From the IMG/VR virus record IMGVR_UViG_3300046170_000391: 64,000 bases of DNA, one strand, 5' to 3'. How positions within the stretch are numbered: position 1 is the stretch's first letter; each line of letters starts with the position of its first letter. The position numbers and the translations under genes were made by a program. Shown one piece after another: positions 1-10,262 of the stretch. The DNA comes from a virus. Under the pieces are notes generated by a model. It searched no databases. It had not been told where the DNA came from and was given only the letters and a program-made list of their open reading frames with translations.

Positions 1-1198
1 GATGACGACCTGTTCCACCAACGTTGTCCATGAACTCAGAGATAGCAATTGGAATACCGTAAACGGCGCCAACTGAACCTGTGAGGTAAGTTGCATTCGG
101 ACCAAACTTGTCAACAGTCTGGAAATCAGAAGTTGTTACAAGATTGTTATAGCCTTCGATTGAGGTAATAAACACGAGGTCGTTACCAAGCTGTAAGCCA
201 TACTTACCAAGTGAGGTACGAGCAGCTGCGATATCTGTTGGATCAGCTTTATCGTTTGCTCCGCCTGTTGCAACAGAGAGTGATGCGTCAGATGCGAGGT
301 TTGTGATACCTTCGATAACAGATGCGTAACCTGTACCGGCGGTAATGGCGTTAGTTGGAGAAGCTGTAAAGCCTGTCAACGCGCCTGTACCACGTAGGAT
401 TGACTTATCGATGGCACGTGCCAAACGACGAGTTGCTGCAGCGCGCAAGAAGTCGAGGAGTGGAAGAACTGTATCTTCTTCTTCGTCTTTTGCGAGGTGA
501 GTTGAAGCCATAAATTTATGTGGTGTAAACTCAACTGCGCTGATGGTGTTCTGGTTTGATGCAGGAACACGAGTTGCCTCTGCAATACCAGTTGCGAATG
601 TGCCAGAAGCAAACATTGCAACATCACCGTCAGTATCTTCGTCAGCTACTGGTACACGGAAAGTCTTAGCATCCACTGCCATACGCTGGAACATAGGTGC
701 AACTACAAGCTGCTGCTCCATCTCGGTGTAGATGTTCTGTGAGAAGTTGCTCAAGAACTGGTCTACAGATGTGACTGCTTTAACTTTTTGACCTAGTTTT
801 GTGTCAAATGGGTCACGACGATTCAGCAACTTTGAAAGAATAACAGCGTTAGCCATTTCTTTTTCAGAGAACTGAGCTGCATTGCGTGACTGCTCTTGGA
901 ATTGCATCTTTGAGCGCTGAAGAGATGCGACCTCTTCTTTATATTTTTCCATCTGAGCTTTAAGTTCTGCGACTTGCTCAGATTCGCGAGGTGTGTAAGC
1001 AATTTCTGCCTCACCCTTCACGAGAGTTTGTTGGTCTTGTGCGTCTGACTCTTTTACGATAGCTTCACCGGTAGCTTTAACCAGCTCTGCAACTTGAGGC
1101 TCAGACACTTGAGCACGAGGTGCTTCTTTTTGTGTCTCGATTGCTACTTCTTTTTTAGCAGCTTCGAGATCAATTGTATCTACGACTTGATCAGCCAT
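1..1198 (-). CDS. Major capsid protein, HK97 fold, T5-like (runs off the window; not in the ORF track)
   Basis: Manual translation from ATG at 1198 with AAGGAG RBS: MADQVVDTIDLEAAKKEVA...FSQNIYTEMEQQLVVAPMF...FTPHKFMASTHLAKDEEEDTVLPLLDFLRAAATRRLARAIDKSILRG; coiled-coil N-terminus; downstream of the protease. Confidence 0.9.
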   Translation of the reverse strand, partial: MADQVVDTIDLEAAKKEVAIETQKEAPRAQVSEPQVAELVKATGEAIVKESDAQDQQTLVKGEAEIAYTPRESEQVAELKAQMEKYKEEVASLQRSKMQFQEQSRNAAQFSEKEMANAVILSKLLNRRDPFDTKLGQKVKAVTSVDQFLSNFSQNIYTEMEQQLVVAPMFQRMAVDAKTFRVPVADEDTDGDVAMFASGTFATGIAEATRVPASNQNTISAVEFTPHKFMASTHLAKDEEEDTVLPLLDFLRAAATRRLARAIDKSILRGTGALTGFTASPTNAITAGTGYASVIEGITNLASDASLSVATGGANDKADPTDIAAARTSLGKYGLQLGNDLVFITSIEGYNNLVTTSDFQTVDKFGPNATYLTGSVGAVYGIPIAISEFMDNVGGTGRH

Positions 1199-1361
1199 GT
1201 TGTCTTTCTCCTTTGTAGAAATGTTGTGAAGCTCTTCAGTCAGACTTTCGTTAGAATCTTCTTCTTCACTTGTTTGAGTTTTCTCGACTTGTGAAAGTTC
1301 ATCTGCGTTCACATTAAGAACATTATCACAGTCATTTCCGTCAGCGTCAATCTCTAAAAAC

Positions 1362-2534
1362 TTAAAGATTGGGCTTTGCTCTGTTGCGATATTTGCAACC
1401 TTTATACATTTTTTGTTGGTAATGAACTAGATCACCATTTTGAAGTTCGCTTGCGTCTGTAGAAAGCAAGTTAACAAACGGGATAGACTCATTAGGATCA
1501 CGTGCTACAAACACTTCCTCTTCATCATCCTTTTCCATTTCGTCTTCAATAGCTTCCTCGGCTTCAGCTTTGACTTCAACATCATCAGTTTCAGTTTTTT
1601 CTTCAACTGCTTCGTCATCGTCTTTTGTTTCAATGACTTCTTCAGTCTCTGTTTTCACTTCAACCTCCATATCAGCTGTTTCTTCGATGACTTCTTCAGT
1701 CTTCTCCTGAACAGCTTCCTCAGATTTTGAGTTACTCATTGCTTCCTCCTCGGTTGGAGACATTGGACGCTCGTTTACAACCTCGCCCTCCTCCATATTA
1801 TGAATTGGAACACCCAACATTGTAATATCATGTGTGTGGCCTTCGGCCTCAAGCATAACACCTCCAATGATTTTGTGAGCATGGTTAGCCATATGCGATG
1901 CGTATGTGGTTACACCATTGCCAGCATCATCCATTTCTACGGTATGATAATGACCTTCGCTCACGTCAGTAATTCCAGCTTTAATTTTACGCATCATCTT
2001 GATTTCATTTTCGTCAGCCTCTTTAAAAGACTTTTTAAACTCATTAAATTCATCATCTGAATCGAATGATTTACGAATTGAGAATAGTGAATCTTGGTTA
2101 CAAGGGACAGAAACAACAGAAATTTCTAGAAGTTCAACATCAGTAATCATCATTGAGTCATCTTCCCTGTTATATTTGCCATCCTTAACACGAAAACCTA
2201 CACTAAAACTTTTTAAAGCACCATCACGAATCAGGGTTTGTACACCATGAGTCTTTTCTGCTGCTTCGCTAACTGCGCCTTCAACAAAGATACCTTTTTT
2301 ATCGACTGTAATTTTATCAATACGACCGATAGGACAATCATGCTTATGTTGGAATAACATAACAGGATTTTTTCTAAAGTTCTCAACGCCTTTTGCCCAG
2401 GCCTCAGCAGTAACAATATCTCCAGCACGATCTTTTGCTGTTGTATTTGCATAACCTGCAATCTTGAGAGCTTTAGTTCCTTTTTTAACGCTCTTTGTTT
2501 CGAAAGCACTATTTAGATAAAATGTTTTATTCAT
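1362..2534 (-). CDS. Prohead protease (HK97 family) with long acidic C-terminal extension
   Basis: IAGYANTTAKDRAGDIV, LFQH, LKSFSVGF, ELLEISVVSVPCNQDSLF motifs. Confidence 0.92.
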   Translation of the reverse strand: MNKTFYLNSAFETKSVKKGTKALKIAGYANTTAKDRAGDIVTAEAWAKGVENFRKNPVMLFQHKHDCPIGRIDKITVDKKGIFVEGAVSEAAEKTHGVQTLIRDGALKSFSVGFRVKDGKYNREDDSMMITDVELLEISVVSVPCNQDSLFSIRKSFDSDDEFNEFKKSFKEADENEIKMMRKIKAGITDVSEGHYHTVEMDDAGNGVTTYASHMANHAHKIIGGVMLEAEGHTHDITMLGVPIHNMEEGEVVNERPMSPTEEEAMSNSKSEEAVQEKTEEVIEETADMEVEVKTETEEVIETKDDDEAVEEKTETDDVEVKAEAEEAIEDEMEKDDEEEVFVARDPNESIPFVNLLSTDASELQNGDLVHYQQKMYKGCKYRNRAKPNL

Positions 2535-3787
2535 CAGTTACTTCCTCGTTTTCTGATTCCCCTTCTAGGGGTCTTCCACCTTGAGTAGCATCAGTCGCGC
2601 TACCTGTGATGTTTTGTGGTACTCTTATACTATCATTTCCTTCTAATTTTGGAAATCTTAATCCTTCACGAGCTTCATTTGGGGTTATAATTCCAGTGTT
2701 TACCAGAGTAGAGTAGTAAACTGCCTGCGTTCTGTTATCTGGTTGTAGTGCTGGGACTGATAATTTATCAGGGCGTATGGTAACTCCACCATTAAAAAAG
2801 TGCTGAAAAGCTGAACAAAATTGATTTAATATAGGCAGTACAGTATGTAAGTAAAATAATTTTTGATTGGCTTCAATATTAGCGTTATTACCAGATTTTA
2901 ACAATACATAAGGAACTCCGATAGCTTTTGCCATATCAATTTGAATTCTTTCGATTGAGTTTTCAAAGTCCAGTTGGTCAAAGTTCACTGTAGAAAATTT
3001 ATCTATTTTTAAACCACCATCTAAAATAGCAGGATTTCGAGCACCATCAAAAATGGTAGTATAAGTAGAACGCCATGCCTCTAAGAGTCTTTGTTTTACG
3101 CGTTGCGATAGAATATTATCTGTAGTTAAAACAAACCCCGGTAGGGCATTGTTTTTAAAAAATTGTCTTTGAAATTTTATCATGTAATAATAAACTTCCA
3201 TAAGGCCTAGAATAGATTTTAGCTTTGATACTCCCCGAAAAATTGAATTTTCGTTTTCAGAGTAGACATGAATAATTTCATGAGGTTCAAAACGTATTGA
3301 TTCAGATTTACGAGTTTGTTTACCTGCTCCAAAACCATAAAAATCTTGAGATTGTTGATTATGAATTAAATAATTATAGTGAGAAACAAAAGTTTGAGAG
3401 TCAGGAACTACTTCAACATCATTAGCAGGTAGCAAGAATAAATCCTGCCCATCATAGTAAAAAAAAGGCGTTACCATCTAACATGAAATCTAAAAAAGCT
3501 CGCCTAAACATACGTACCCTATCTTCAAAAGGGTTAGGCTTGTAATTCAACATCCTATTTACTTTTTTTGCAGGGGAAGTGCCTTCAACTATCAAGGGTA
3601 ACTCAACACATGAATTGATAACCATCTCAACAGATCTGTGAACTACTTCAATCTCTCTATAAGCTTGTTCAAAATCTACAATAGTTTCTGGCGAAGCATA
3701 AGGCTCTAAGGAAGCAATTGATGGTTGAGCGGGATTTAATTTTTGAGCCACCCAACCTCTTAAGCCTAATTTTATATCATCTGCCAT
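2527..3787 (-). CDS. Portal protein, split by a 1-nt indel in a homopolymer near 3460
   Basis: ORFs 3452-3787 and 2527-3477 join as ...DFMLDGNAFF/YYDG...; PNPF, FFKNNALPG, GIITPNEARE motifs. Confidence 0.9.
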
Positions 3788-4154
3788 TTTTTGCCCTTTG
3801 AATATTCAACCAATTTTTTATTTTATCGGATAAGTGATTTGAGTACCTTTGTCCGTAAATGTTATGAAGCTGTTTATGATGAGTTGCACACAAAGTATAC
3901 AAATTCTCATGACTTAGATCAGAATAACAGTCTTGAGAAAATTGAACTCTAAGAGTGTTTATAGTCTCAACATCTTCAATCTTAATTATTTTATTTTTAT
4001 CGCACCAATTATTAAAAAGTTCACTTACGCTGTAAAGGTGGTGAAGCTCTAGACTTTCAGTAGACCCACAAATATAACATTCGTCTCTAAGTTTATAATC
4101 CTTTTTAATGAAATCTCTAATATATTTTATAGGAATGCGCTTTAATTTATTCAC
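3777..4154 (-). CDS. T5-like nicking HNH endonuclease
   Basis: KYIRD...CYICG...LELHH...TLCATHH; position between portal and TerL as in T5. Confidence 0.75.
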   Translation of the reverse strand: MNKLKRIPIKYIRDFIKKDYKLRDECYICGSTESLELHHLYSVSELFNNWCDKNKIIKIEDVETINTLRVQFSQDCYSDLSHENLYTLCATHHKQLHNIYGQRYSNHLSDKIKNWLNIQRAKNGR

Positions 4155-4825
4155 TTTACTACACTTTCATTAGCTGTCCAAGAGTTATTTTTAAATTTTT
4201 CTAGTATGTTCCATCTCATCTTAAAATGATTTGGATTTTTGTTCAGACCAACGCGGTCATCAGGCAGATTCATAACTTTTCCTGATACAGTAGGTAGAAG
4301 AGAGACATTCAATTTATCCTTTAGTAAGTAAGAAACTATTATATCATCGCCTCTTTCTGGATACCCTATTTTTTCTATATCTGCTTTTATGAGATTAAGA
4401 GAAGATTGTTTTACTAGAATAACAGATCCTACTAAAAAATCAACGAAGGAATCTTCGCACCAGTGATCAGTAAGTTCTTGATAGGAAGTAGCACTAGAAA
4501 CATTTGACTTACCGTATATCCCGCATATGTTTGTATCAAGTTTTAACATTTTTTTTACAAGGGAGGGGTGAGGTAGTAAATCATCGTCAATAATAAGTTT
4601 ATATTCCTCATCATACTCAAAACATCTGTGCCATCTCTCCATGCAATACCAATTCTTTTTATTATTCAAAACTTCTACAGGTTGGGAAAAATAAGGGTAA
4701 GGGTTATCTGGATTATTATTTACAATAGTGATAGGAAAAAGTTCTTTAAAAACATTCATTATGGTAGCAACATTATTTTGTCTTTTGTAGCTTAAAACTA
4801 TGACACGTAAACTTGAATTAAGCAT
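4151..4825 (-). CDS. Putative GT-A fold glycosyltransferase
   Basis: VIVLSYKR N-terminus, IIDDD (DxD) motif, GDDI motif. Confidence 0.55.
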   Translation of the reverse strand: MLNSSLRVIVLSYKRQNNVATIMNVFKELFPITIVNNNPDNPYPYFSQPVEVLNNKKNWYCMERWHRCFEYDEEYKLIIDDDLLPHPSLVKKMLKLDTNICGIYGKSNVSSATSYQELTDHWCEDSFVDFLVGSVILVKQSSLNLIKADIEKIGYPERGDDIIVSYLLKDKLNVSLLPTVSGKVMNLPDDRVGLNKNPNHFKMRWNILEKFKNNSWTANESVVK

Positions 4826-6065
4826 AGATAGATATGTTACTCATTTTTGAATGTGTGTAGAGAGCGTATCTAACGGCATCACATGGGTGAGATGCCCAAT
4901 CGTGAACGGGCTTTGGCGTTTCAGTATTAGGATTCCATTTATAAGAGCTCATAGAAGAAAACGTATGAGAAGCTCCCATAGTATCAAAAAATAGTTTATC
5001 TGCTTGTATTAAAACTTGCACAAAGTTAATACCGTCATTAACCGATTTGATCGCGTTTTCACAATATATATCATAATCATATGCAAAGTCAGCCTTTACC
5101 TGCTGCGCCGCAGAATCTATGTATATTGAGTCAATATTCCATTCATCAATTTTTTCTTGAATAGCAGAAGCGAGCTCAGAAGTAGTTGATTCTTTAGATA
5201 TGTACTCATCAATTATAAAGTAATTATAACCGTCAAATCCTATTACAACAAATACATTTTCATCTCTATACCCTACATCTAACCCTGCAATAACTTCTGC
5301 AAAACGCTCTCCTACATAATCATTTACGTGTTTTGCCTCGTCTAAATCTTCATATATTTGTGATTCTGTAGTTGTCCATTCACATTCATACTCTTGAGCA
5401 AATAAAGCTCGCGTGATTGATCTACGTGCTTCTTCAATGTCTTTTTCTGAAAGTAGAGGGTTAGATCTCCAGCTGTGAAGTGAAGATCCCCATTCTTCGT
5501 ACTCCTGATCGTCTCCTCGTAAGAAATAATTATATAAGTAATTACCCTTACCACGAGGAGTAGATATCCATAAGCATCTCGAATCTTTAAAGGTAGATAG
5601 TGCTGGCCTTAAATCTCTAGTAAAATATTCATCATTAGGTATAATAGCAGCTTCATCGACTATAAGTAGATTAGCGGCGCGACCCACAAGAGAGTCTCGA
5701 TTGTTAGCAGAAAGAAGTCTGAAAATAGAGCCATTAATTAACTTAACAACTTTGTCTTTTTGATTAAATTTATCTACTTCAATATCTAATTGTTTTATAA
5801 GATCGGTAACATAGTCCCAGATAATAGATGAGAGTGAAAAATTAGGAGCCACTACCATTACTTGTTGTCCGGGCTCTAAAAGCTTTGCAAAAGCTAAAAT
5901 AGCTGCTGCATAAGACTTACCAGTACGGCGTGCAGCGATATGAACGAAAAATCTGCTCTCGTTTAGTCCTTCGATCATAGCTTTTTGGGATTCATTAAAT
6001 TGAACGGGAGTGGGTAGCTTAGTCAATAATTTATCTATATTTAATCGAAAGAATGTGTCTGACAT
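4818..6065 (-). CDS. terL: Terminase large subunit
   Basis: Walker A (AARRTGKS), Walker B (LLIVDEAA), ISTPRG, nuclease GLDVG and HPCDAVRY. Confidence 0.95.
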   Translation of the reverse strand: MSDTFFRLNIDKLLTKLPTPVQFNESQKAMIEGLNESRFFVHIAARRTGKSYAAAILAFAKLLEPGQQVMVVAPNFSLSSIIWDYVTDLIKQLDIEVDKFNQKDKVVKLINGSIFRLLSANNRDSLVGRAANLLIVDEAAIIPNDEYFTRDLRPALSTFKDSRCLWISTPRGKGNYLYNYFLRGDDQEYEEWGSSLHSWRSNPLLSEKDIEEARRSITRALFAQEYECEWTTTESQIYEDLDEAKHVNDYVGERFAEVIAGLDVGYRDENVFVVIGFDGYNYFIIDEYISKESTTSELASAIQEKIDEWNIDSIYIDSAAQQVKADFAYDYDIYCENAIKSVNDGINFVQVLIQADKLFFDTMGASHTFSSMSSYKWNPNTETPKPVHDWASHPCDAVRYALYTHSKMSNISIYA

Positions 6066-6370
6066 TATTTAGGAAACATACCATAAAGAAGAGAAATAAT
6101 AGTGATGACGCCCCCGACAACGCCTCCTAACCACAAAAGTGTTCGTAAAGATGTTTTGCCTTGAGAGGCTAAATTATTTACATCATTAAGTTTTTTATGC
6201 ATCACACTCATTTCAGACGATAAAGAAGCTAACGTATTAATGATCTGCGCATAACGCTCTTCACAGACTGCTTCGTGTGCAGAGATGTTGGCTTTATTAG
6301 ATTGAGAGCGTTCATGAAGTCTGTCTAACTCAGTCTGTACTCGGTCTAATTCTCTGGTTGTTTGTTCCAT
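6065..6370 (-). CDS. Coiled-coil protein with C-terminal TM helix
   Basis: HEAVCEERY motif; hydrophobic C-terminus. Confidence 0.55.
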   Translation of the reverse strand: MEQTTRELDRVQTELDRLHERSQSNKANISAHEAVCEERYAQIINTLASLSSEMSVMHKKLNDVNNLASQGKTSLRTLLWLGGVVGGVITIISLLYGMFPK

Positions 6371-6372
6371 TA

Positions 6373-6957
6373 CTACTCCGCATAAACCAACTGTTTAGAG
6401 TACCATACGGGAATGGTAAATCGCTGGCTATTTTTTATCTCTTTAACTCCGTGATTGTAATCACCATTAGAAGGGAATACTACCGCCATCCCTTTTTTAG
6501 GACTAATTTCTATATCATGATCAGGAAAATATATCTCACCACCTTCATAATCATCATTTAAATAAAATATTACAGAATAGTCTCTATAGTTTGTTGGGTG
6601 TTCCGTATCTTTCACATGATCAGGAGCATCTTCTTGCCACGAATTATCAGAATGTACACTCATCATATCACCGGGATTCCAGAAGGTCAATTCGGTATTA
6701 TCGGGAAAAGCTAGTTCACCAAAATTTTTATATATATAAGTTTGTCCTAAAAATCGAGCGTAGTTTAGAGCTCGTTCAATACTACCAAACGGTGCTTGCA
6801 TATTTCGATGTAGTATTTTATAACTGAGTGTTTTGTTTTTAAACTGCCCTATGACTTGAGCATCGTTTATAAAAGCTTTTGGATTTTCTTTAGCAAACTT
6901 CACAAGAAAATCGCAAGTATCAGGTGTTAAGGCGTTCTCAATCTTAACTGGGGACAT
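6373..6957 (-). CDS. 2OG-Fe(II) oxygenase, prolyl-4-hydroxylase-like
   Basis: HSD...YLNDDYEGGE...HGV...R motif. Confidence 0.85.
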   Translation of the reverse strand: MSPVKIENALTPDTCDFLVKFAKENPKAFINDAQVIGQFKNKTLSYKILHRNMQAPFGSIERALNYARFLGQTYIYKNFGELAFPDNTELTFWNPGDMMSVHSDNSWQEDAPDHVKDTEHPTNYRDYSVIFYLNDDYEGGEIYFPDHDIEISPKKGMAVVFPSNGDYNHGVKEIKNSQRFTIPVWYSKQLVYAE

Positions 6958-7223
6958 TAGTTAGCACCTGGTGACGCAGGTACTCCTGGAACTCCTGAAC
7001 CAGCGGATTGCGAAGCTTCTTTATGTCTTATTTGTGTGATTAATTCGTAACGCTCTTTACTAAAAACAAAATAACACGATACAGGTAGTTCTACCCTAGA
7101 ATCATCTTGTAGAATAAAAAATCGAGATTGAGCACCCTCATTAATTCCGTCTTCTTTTATACCTTTAAGTGTTTCAAAAGTCCAAGATCCTTGTCTTTTG
7201 AATTTTACTGTGTAAGTAATCAA
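6957..7223 (-). CDS. Hypothetical protein
   Basis: GGAGG RBS, coupled to the downstream gene. Confidence 0.6.
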   Translation of the reverse strand: MITYTVKFKRQGSWTFETLKGIKEDGINEGAQSRFFILQDDSRVELPVSCYFVFSKERYELITQIRHKEASQSAGSGVPGVPASPGAN

Positions 7224-7241
7224 TTAAACCTCCATTAACAG

Positions 7242-8150
7242 TTATATCTTGATTATATAATTAACAACACTGCTAGGCAAGGTTGTTGTTAAAGCAGGTA
7301 TGCTTAGTGCAGGAATAGAGAGTCCAGGTACGCTGAGAGCAGGGATTGACAAGGCTGGTATAGAGTGATCGTGATCAGCGACAGCCAATGCAGGAATTGT
7401 CAGAGCAGGTATCGATAACCCTGGGATAGAAAGACCGGGAATTGATAATCCAGGGACAGAGTGTGTATGCGCAGCCTGAGTAACACCTGTCACAGCAGTG
7501 GCAGTTGCTGAGTCCTTAGCAGAAGAAGCAAAGGTAGCTGTAGGTACTGTTAGGTCGCCATCACCCTCTGATCCAGTTGTGCCTGCACCTGTAGTTCCAG
7601 TACCAGTAGTTCCAGTACCAGTGGTCCCAGTAGCCGTATCATTAGCCACCGTTACAAGACTTGTTTTTTCTGCAGTAGTTCCTGTTCCTGTGTTACCTGT
7701 ACCTGTGTTAGCTGTCCCAGTTGTGCCAGTGCCTGTATTAGTTGTGGCATTAGTGATAACAGAAGAAGCAGCGGCGGAACCAGTCTCTGTACCTAGTGTA
7801 GAGTTATTAGAGCCTTTACCTAGAGGAACACGGTCACGAAGATCAGGAAGACCAAAAGTACTAGAGCCATTACCTGCCCCATAGGCAGTGCCGATTACAG
7901 CGAATAGTCGAGCATAAGTAGTACGATTAACATCAGAACCGTCACAAAGCAACCAAGCAGCATTAGGAGCAGCAGCTCCTCCAAAAGGTAGAATTGATCC
8001 TGAAGGCATAATCTCAAAGCCTCCAGCTGTTGAGCCATCATGAACTCTAACATTTTTAGTGTTATTATCTACAGATAACTCACCAGCCCCGCCTGTGAAC
8101 GAGTTATTTTCTGCTGTCGTGCCTCGTCTTAATAGTAGTTGTGTACTCAT
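7242..8150 (-). CDS. Tail fibre with tail-collar domain and repeat needle
   Basis: LRRGTT N-terminus; collar motif WLLCDGS...YARLFAVIGTAYG...FGLPDLRDRVPLG; C-terminal NYIIK. Confidence 0.85.
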   Translation of the reverse strand: MSTQLLLRRGTTAENNSFTGGAGELSVDNNTKNVRVHDGSTAGGFEIMPSGSILPFGGAAAPNAAWLLCDGSDVNRTTYARLFAVIGTAYGAGNGSSTFGLPDLRDRVPLGKGSNNSTLGTETGSAAASSVITNATTNTGTGTTGTANTGTGNTGTGTTAEKTSLVTVANDTATGTTGTGTTGTGTTGAGTTGSEGDGDLTVPTATFASSAKDSATATAVTGVTQAAHTHSVPGLSIPGLSIPGLSIPALTIPALAVADHDHSIPALSIPALSVPGLSIPALSIPALTTTLPSSVVNYIIKI

Positions 8151-8160
8151 TTATTGCTCC

Positions 8161-8373
8161 TTAAAGTGCTCCTAAGTCAAATTGGCCTGTGACTGTAAAT
8201 ACGTTTGATGCGTTAGTTCCTATTATTACATTACCTTGTACGCTTAATAAGGCGTTATCTACGGTTGCCGCACTACTTATATTGATGCCTACATTACCGT
8301 TAGTATCAATCATAATTTTATCTGTTAGATCTCTACCAAGACCTCCCATAAACGGTGAAACTTTTGTACTCAT
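8161..8373 (-). CDS. Small tail-fibre-associated protein
   Basis: GNVGIN motif; C-terminus GTNASNVFTVTGQFDLGA parallels the end of 8418-10262. Confidence 0.5.
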   Translation of the reverse strand: MSTKVSPFMGGLGRDLTDKIMIDTNGNVGINISSAATVDNALLSVQGNVIIGTNASNVFTVTGQFDLGAL

Positions 8374-8417
8374 AATAACCTTTCTAACATAATTAACCTA
8401 CGTGGTCAATATAATTC

Positions 8418-10262
8418 TTAACTGAAGGCTCCACAGTCTAATATACCTACAATAGTAACTGTATTTGAAGCGTTTGTTCCTAGTGTTGTGTTTGCTACTA
8501 CTGCTAAATCATTTGAGAAACTAGTGTCTCCCGAAGCATCAGCGGTAACTGCTTTTGAAGCGGCGGTAGTGCCTAGAGTAATTCCATCAATCATACCAAG
8601 CTCGGTAGGTGTGACTGCGCTGGAAGCTGCTATTTTACCGTCGCCGTTAGTAATCATCACTCGATCACCAGTTAAGTCACTAGTAAGAACAGTAGATACT
8701 GCACCTGCAATGTTAGCTACACGACGTGCTTCAACGGCTGTAGAGGCTGCTGCCGCAACAGTAGCATTGTCTGCAATAGCAGTGTGTACAGATAATCCAT
8801 CATATTTAAGGGTAGCTGCGTCTACGATACCTACGCTTAAGTTAGAAGCAGTAACAGGAGATAGTGATGTATTAGATTTTGGATCTTTAGTGTCACTAAG
8901 CTTAAATGTTTTCGCTGATTCATCATAGAAAAGAGCAGCATTACCTTGATTACCACGATTAAAAAGCAAACCTACATCTGCACTTGGAGAACCTGATACT
9001 CCATCGGCTAGCATGATTATACGGTCTTCCACATCAAGGTTAGTTGTAGACACTGTAGTAGTGTCACCATTGATTGTTAAATTTCCAGTTATCACAACAT
9101 CATCAGTGAATGTAGTAGTAATATTATTGGCGGCTCGTCTTGCCTCAACCGCATCAAGCTGTGTCTGGATCGCACCAGAAACTCCACTTACATGGTTTAA
9201 CTCTGCTAGCGTAGTAGTCGCAACACCAACTTTTCCTGAACTGTCAGATGCTAAAGCGCGAGATGCTGTAAGGTTGCCTGTTGTAATTGTAGATACTGCA
9301 CCAGCAATATTTGCTACGCGTCTCGCTTCTACTGCTGTAGTAATACCTACATTAGTAGTAAGTCTAGACTGGATAGCAGTAGCTTCAGCAGCTACATTAT
9401 CTTGAACAACGTCAAGATTCGCATTTAAACGAGTTTCTACACTACTAGCAGATACAATTGCGGCAACATTATCTTGAACTAAATCAATATTTGCAGTAAG
9501 ACGGGTAAAGGTTACAAAATCGTTAGCAGCTGCTACAAGAGTATTAGCCGCTATTCGAGCTTGAAGCGCTGTATCTTCATTAGTAAACGCTGTAACGTTA
9601 GTAGCTAAACGAGACTGTAAAGCTGTATCTTCGTTAGTAAACGCTGTAACGTTAGTAGCTAAACGAGACTGTAAAGCTGTATCTTCGTTAGTAAACGCTG
9701 TAACGTTAGTAGCTAAACGAGACTGTAAAGCTGTATCTTCGTTATTCATTACTGTAACGTTAGCAACTCTACGAGCTTCTACAGCGGTAGTAGTAGCTAC
9801 ATTAGTAGTAAGCCTAGCTTGAACATCTATTAATTCTTGGGCAACGTTTGCCACACCACCTGCACTAGGAGTGGTGACATTTGCTTGCTCACCAGAAGCA
9901 CCTGTAACAGTAAACCCCTCATTACCTAGAGCTGAGAGAGTAATACCACCAAGTTTGATAGATGCGCCTGTGAGATGTAGATCTTTCCATTTTTTAGCGG
10001 CAGACCCAAGGTCATACACTCCATCTGTTAAAGGAATTAAATTAGCACTTAGAGTTACTGTATGACCGTCAGTATCAACAATTGAGGCAACATTCGATTG
10101 AATTTGCACTACATTTTGATTTTCATTAGTATCAATAGTAGAGATTAGATTGGCAAGAGTAACCGATTTGGTTTCATCATTTTCAATATCAACTGCTACA
10201 AACTGAGTATTTGCTACGGGAGTTTGTAAATTATTAAGTTCGGTAATCTTTTTATTAGCCAA
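8418..10262 (-). CDS. Long tail fibre / coiled-coil structural protein
   Basis: ANKKITEL start, YDLGS..KKWKDL, recurring AVEARRVAN and TNEDTALQSRLATNVTAF repeats. Confidence 0.75.
   Translation of the reverse strand: MANKKITELNNLQTPVANTQFVAVDIENDETKSVTLANLISTIDTNENQNVVQIQSNVASIVDTDGHTVTLSANLIPLTDGVYDLGSAAKKWKDLHLTGASIKLGGITLSALGNEGFTVTGASGEQANVTTPSAGGVANVAQELIDVQARLTTNVATTTAVEARRVANVTVMNNEDTALQSRLATNVTAFTNEDTALQSRLATNVTAFTNEDTALQSRLATNVTAFTNEDTALQARIAANTLVAAANDFVTFTRLTANIDLVQDNVAAIVSASSVETRLNANLDVVQDNVAAEATAIQSRLTTNVGITTAVEARRVANIAGAVSTITTGNLTASRALASDSSGKVGVATTTLAELNHVSGVSGAIQTQLDAVEARRAANNITTTFTDDVVITGNLTINGDTTTVSTTNLDVEDRIIMLADGVSGSPSADVGLLFNRGNQGNAALFYDESAKTFKLSDTKDPKSNTSLSPVTASNLSVGIVDAATLKYDGLSVHTAIADNATVAAAASTAVEARRVANIAGAVSTVLTSDLTGDRVMITNGDGKIAASSAVTPTELGMIDGITLGTTAASKAVTADASGDTSFSNDLAVVANTTLGTNASNTVTIVGILDCGAFS
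9565..9745. repeat. 54-bp tandem repeat (about 3.3 copies) inside the tail fibre
   Basis: gctgtatcttcgttagtaaacgctgtaacgttagtagctaaacgagactgtaaa repeated. Confidence 0.9.

Noticed and set aside
376-1294. Short ORFs in the track over the capsid gene
   Set aside because: Off-frame or antisense shadows of the capsid ORF
3452-3477. Programmed frameshift or pseudogene in the portal
   Set aside because: One extra base in an 8-nt homopolymer of an essential gene; similar indels in Hsp20 point to sequencing error
7498-10065. Plus-strand ORFs opposite the tail fibres
   Set aside because: Antisense shadows caused by codon bias and repeats
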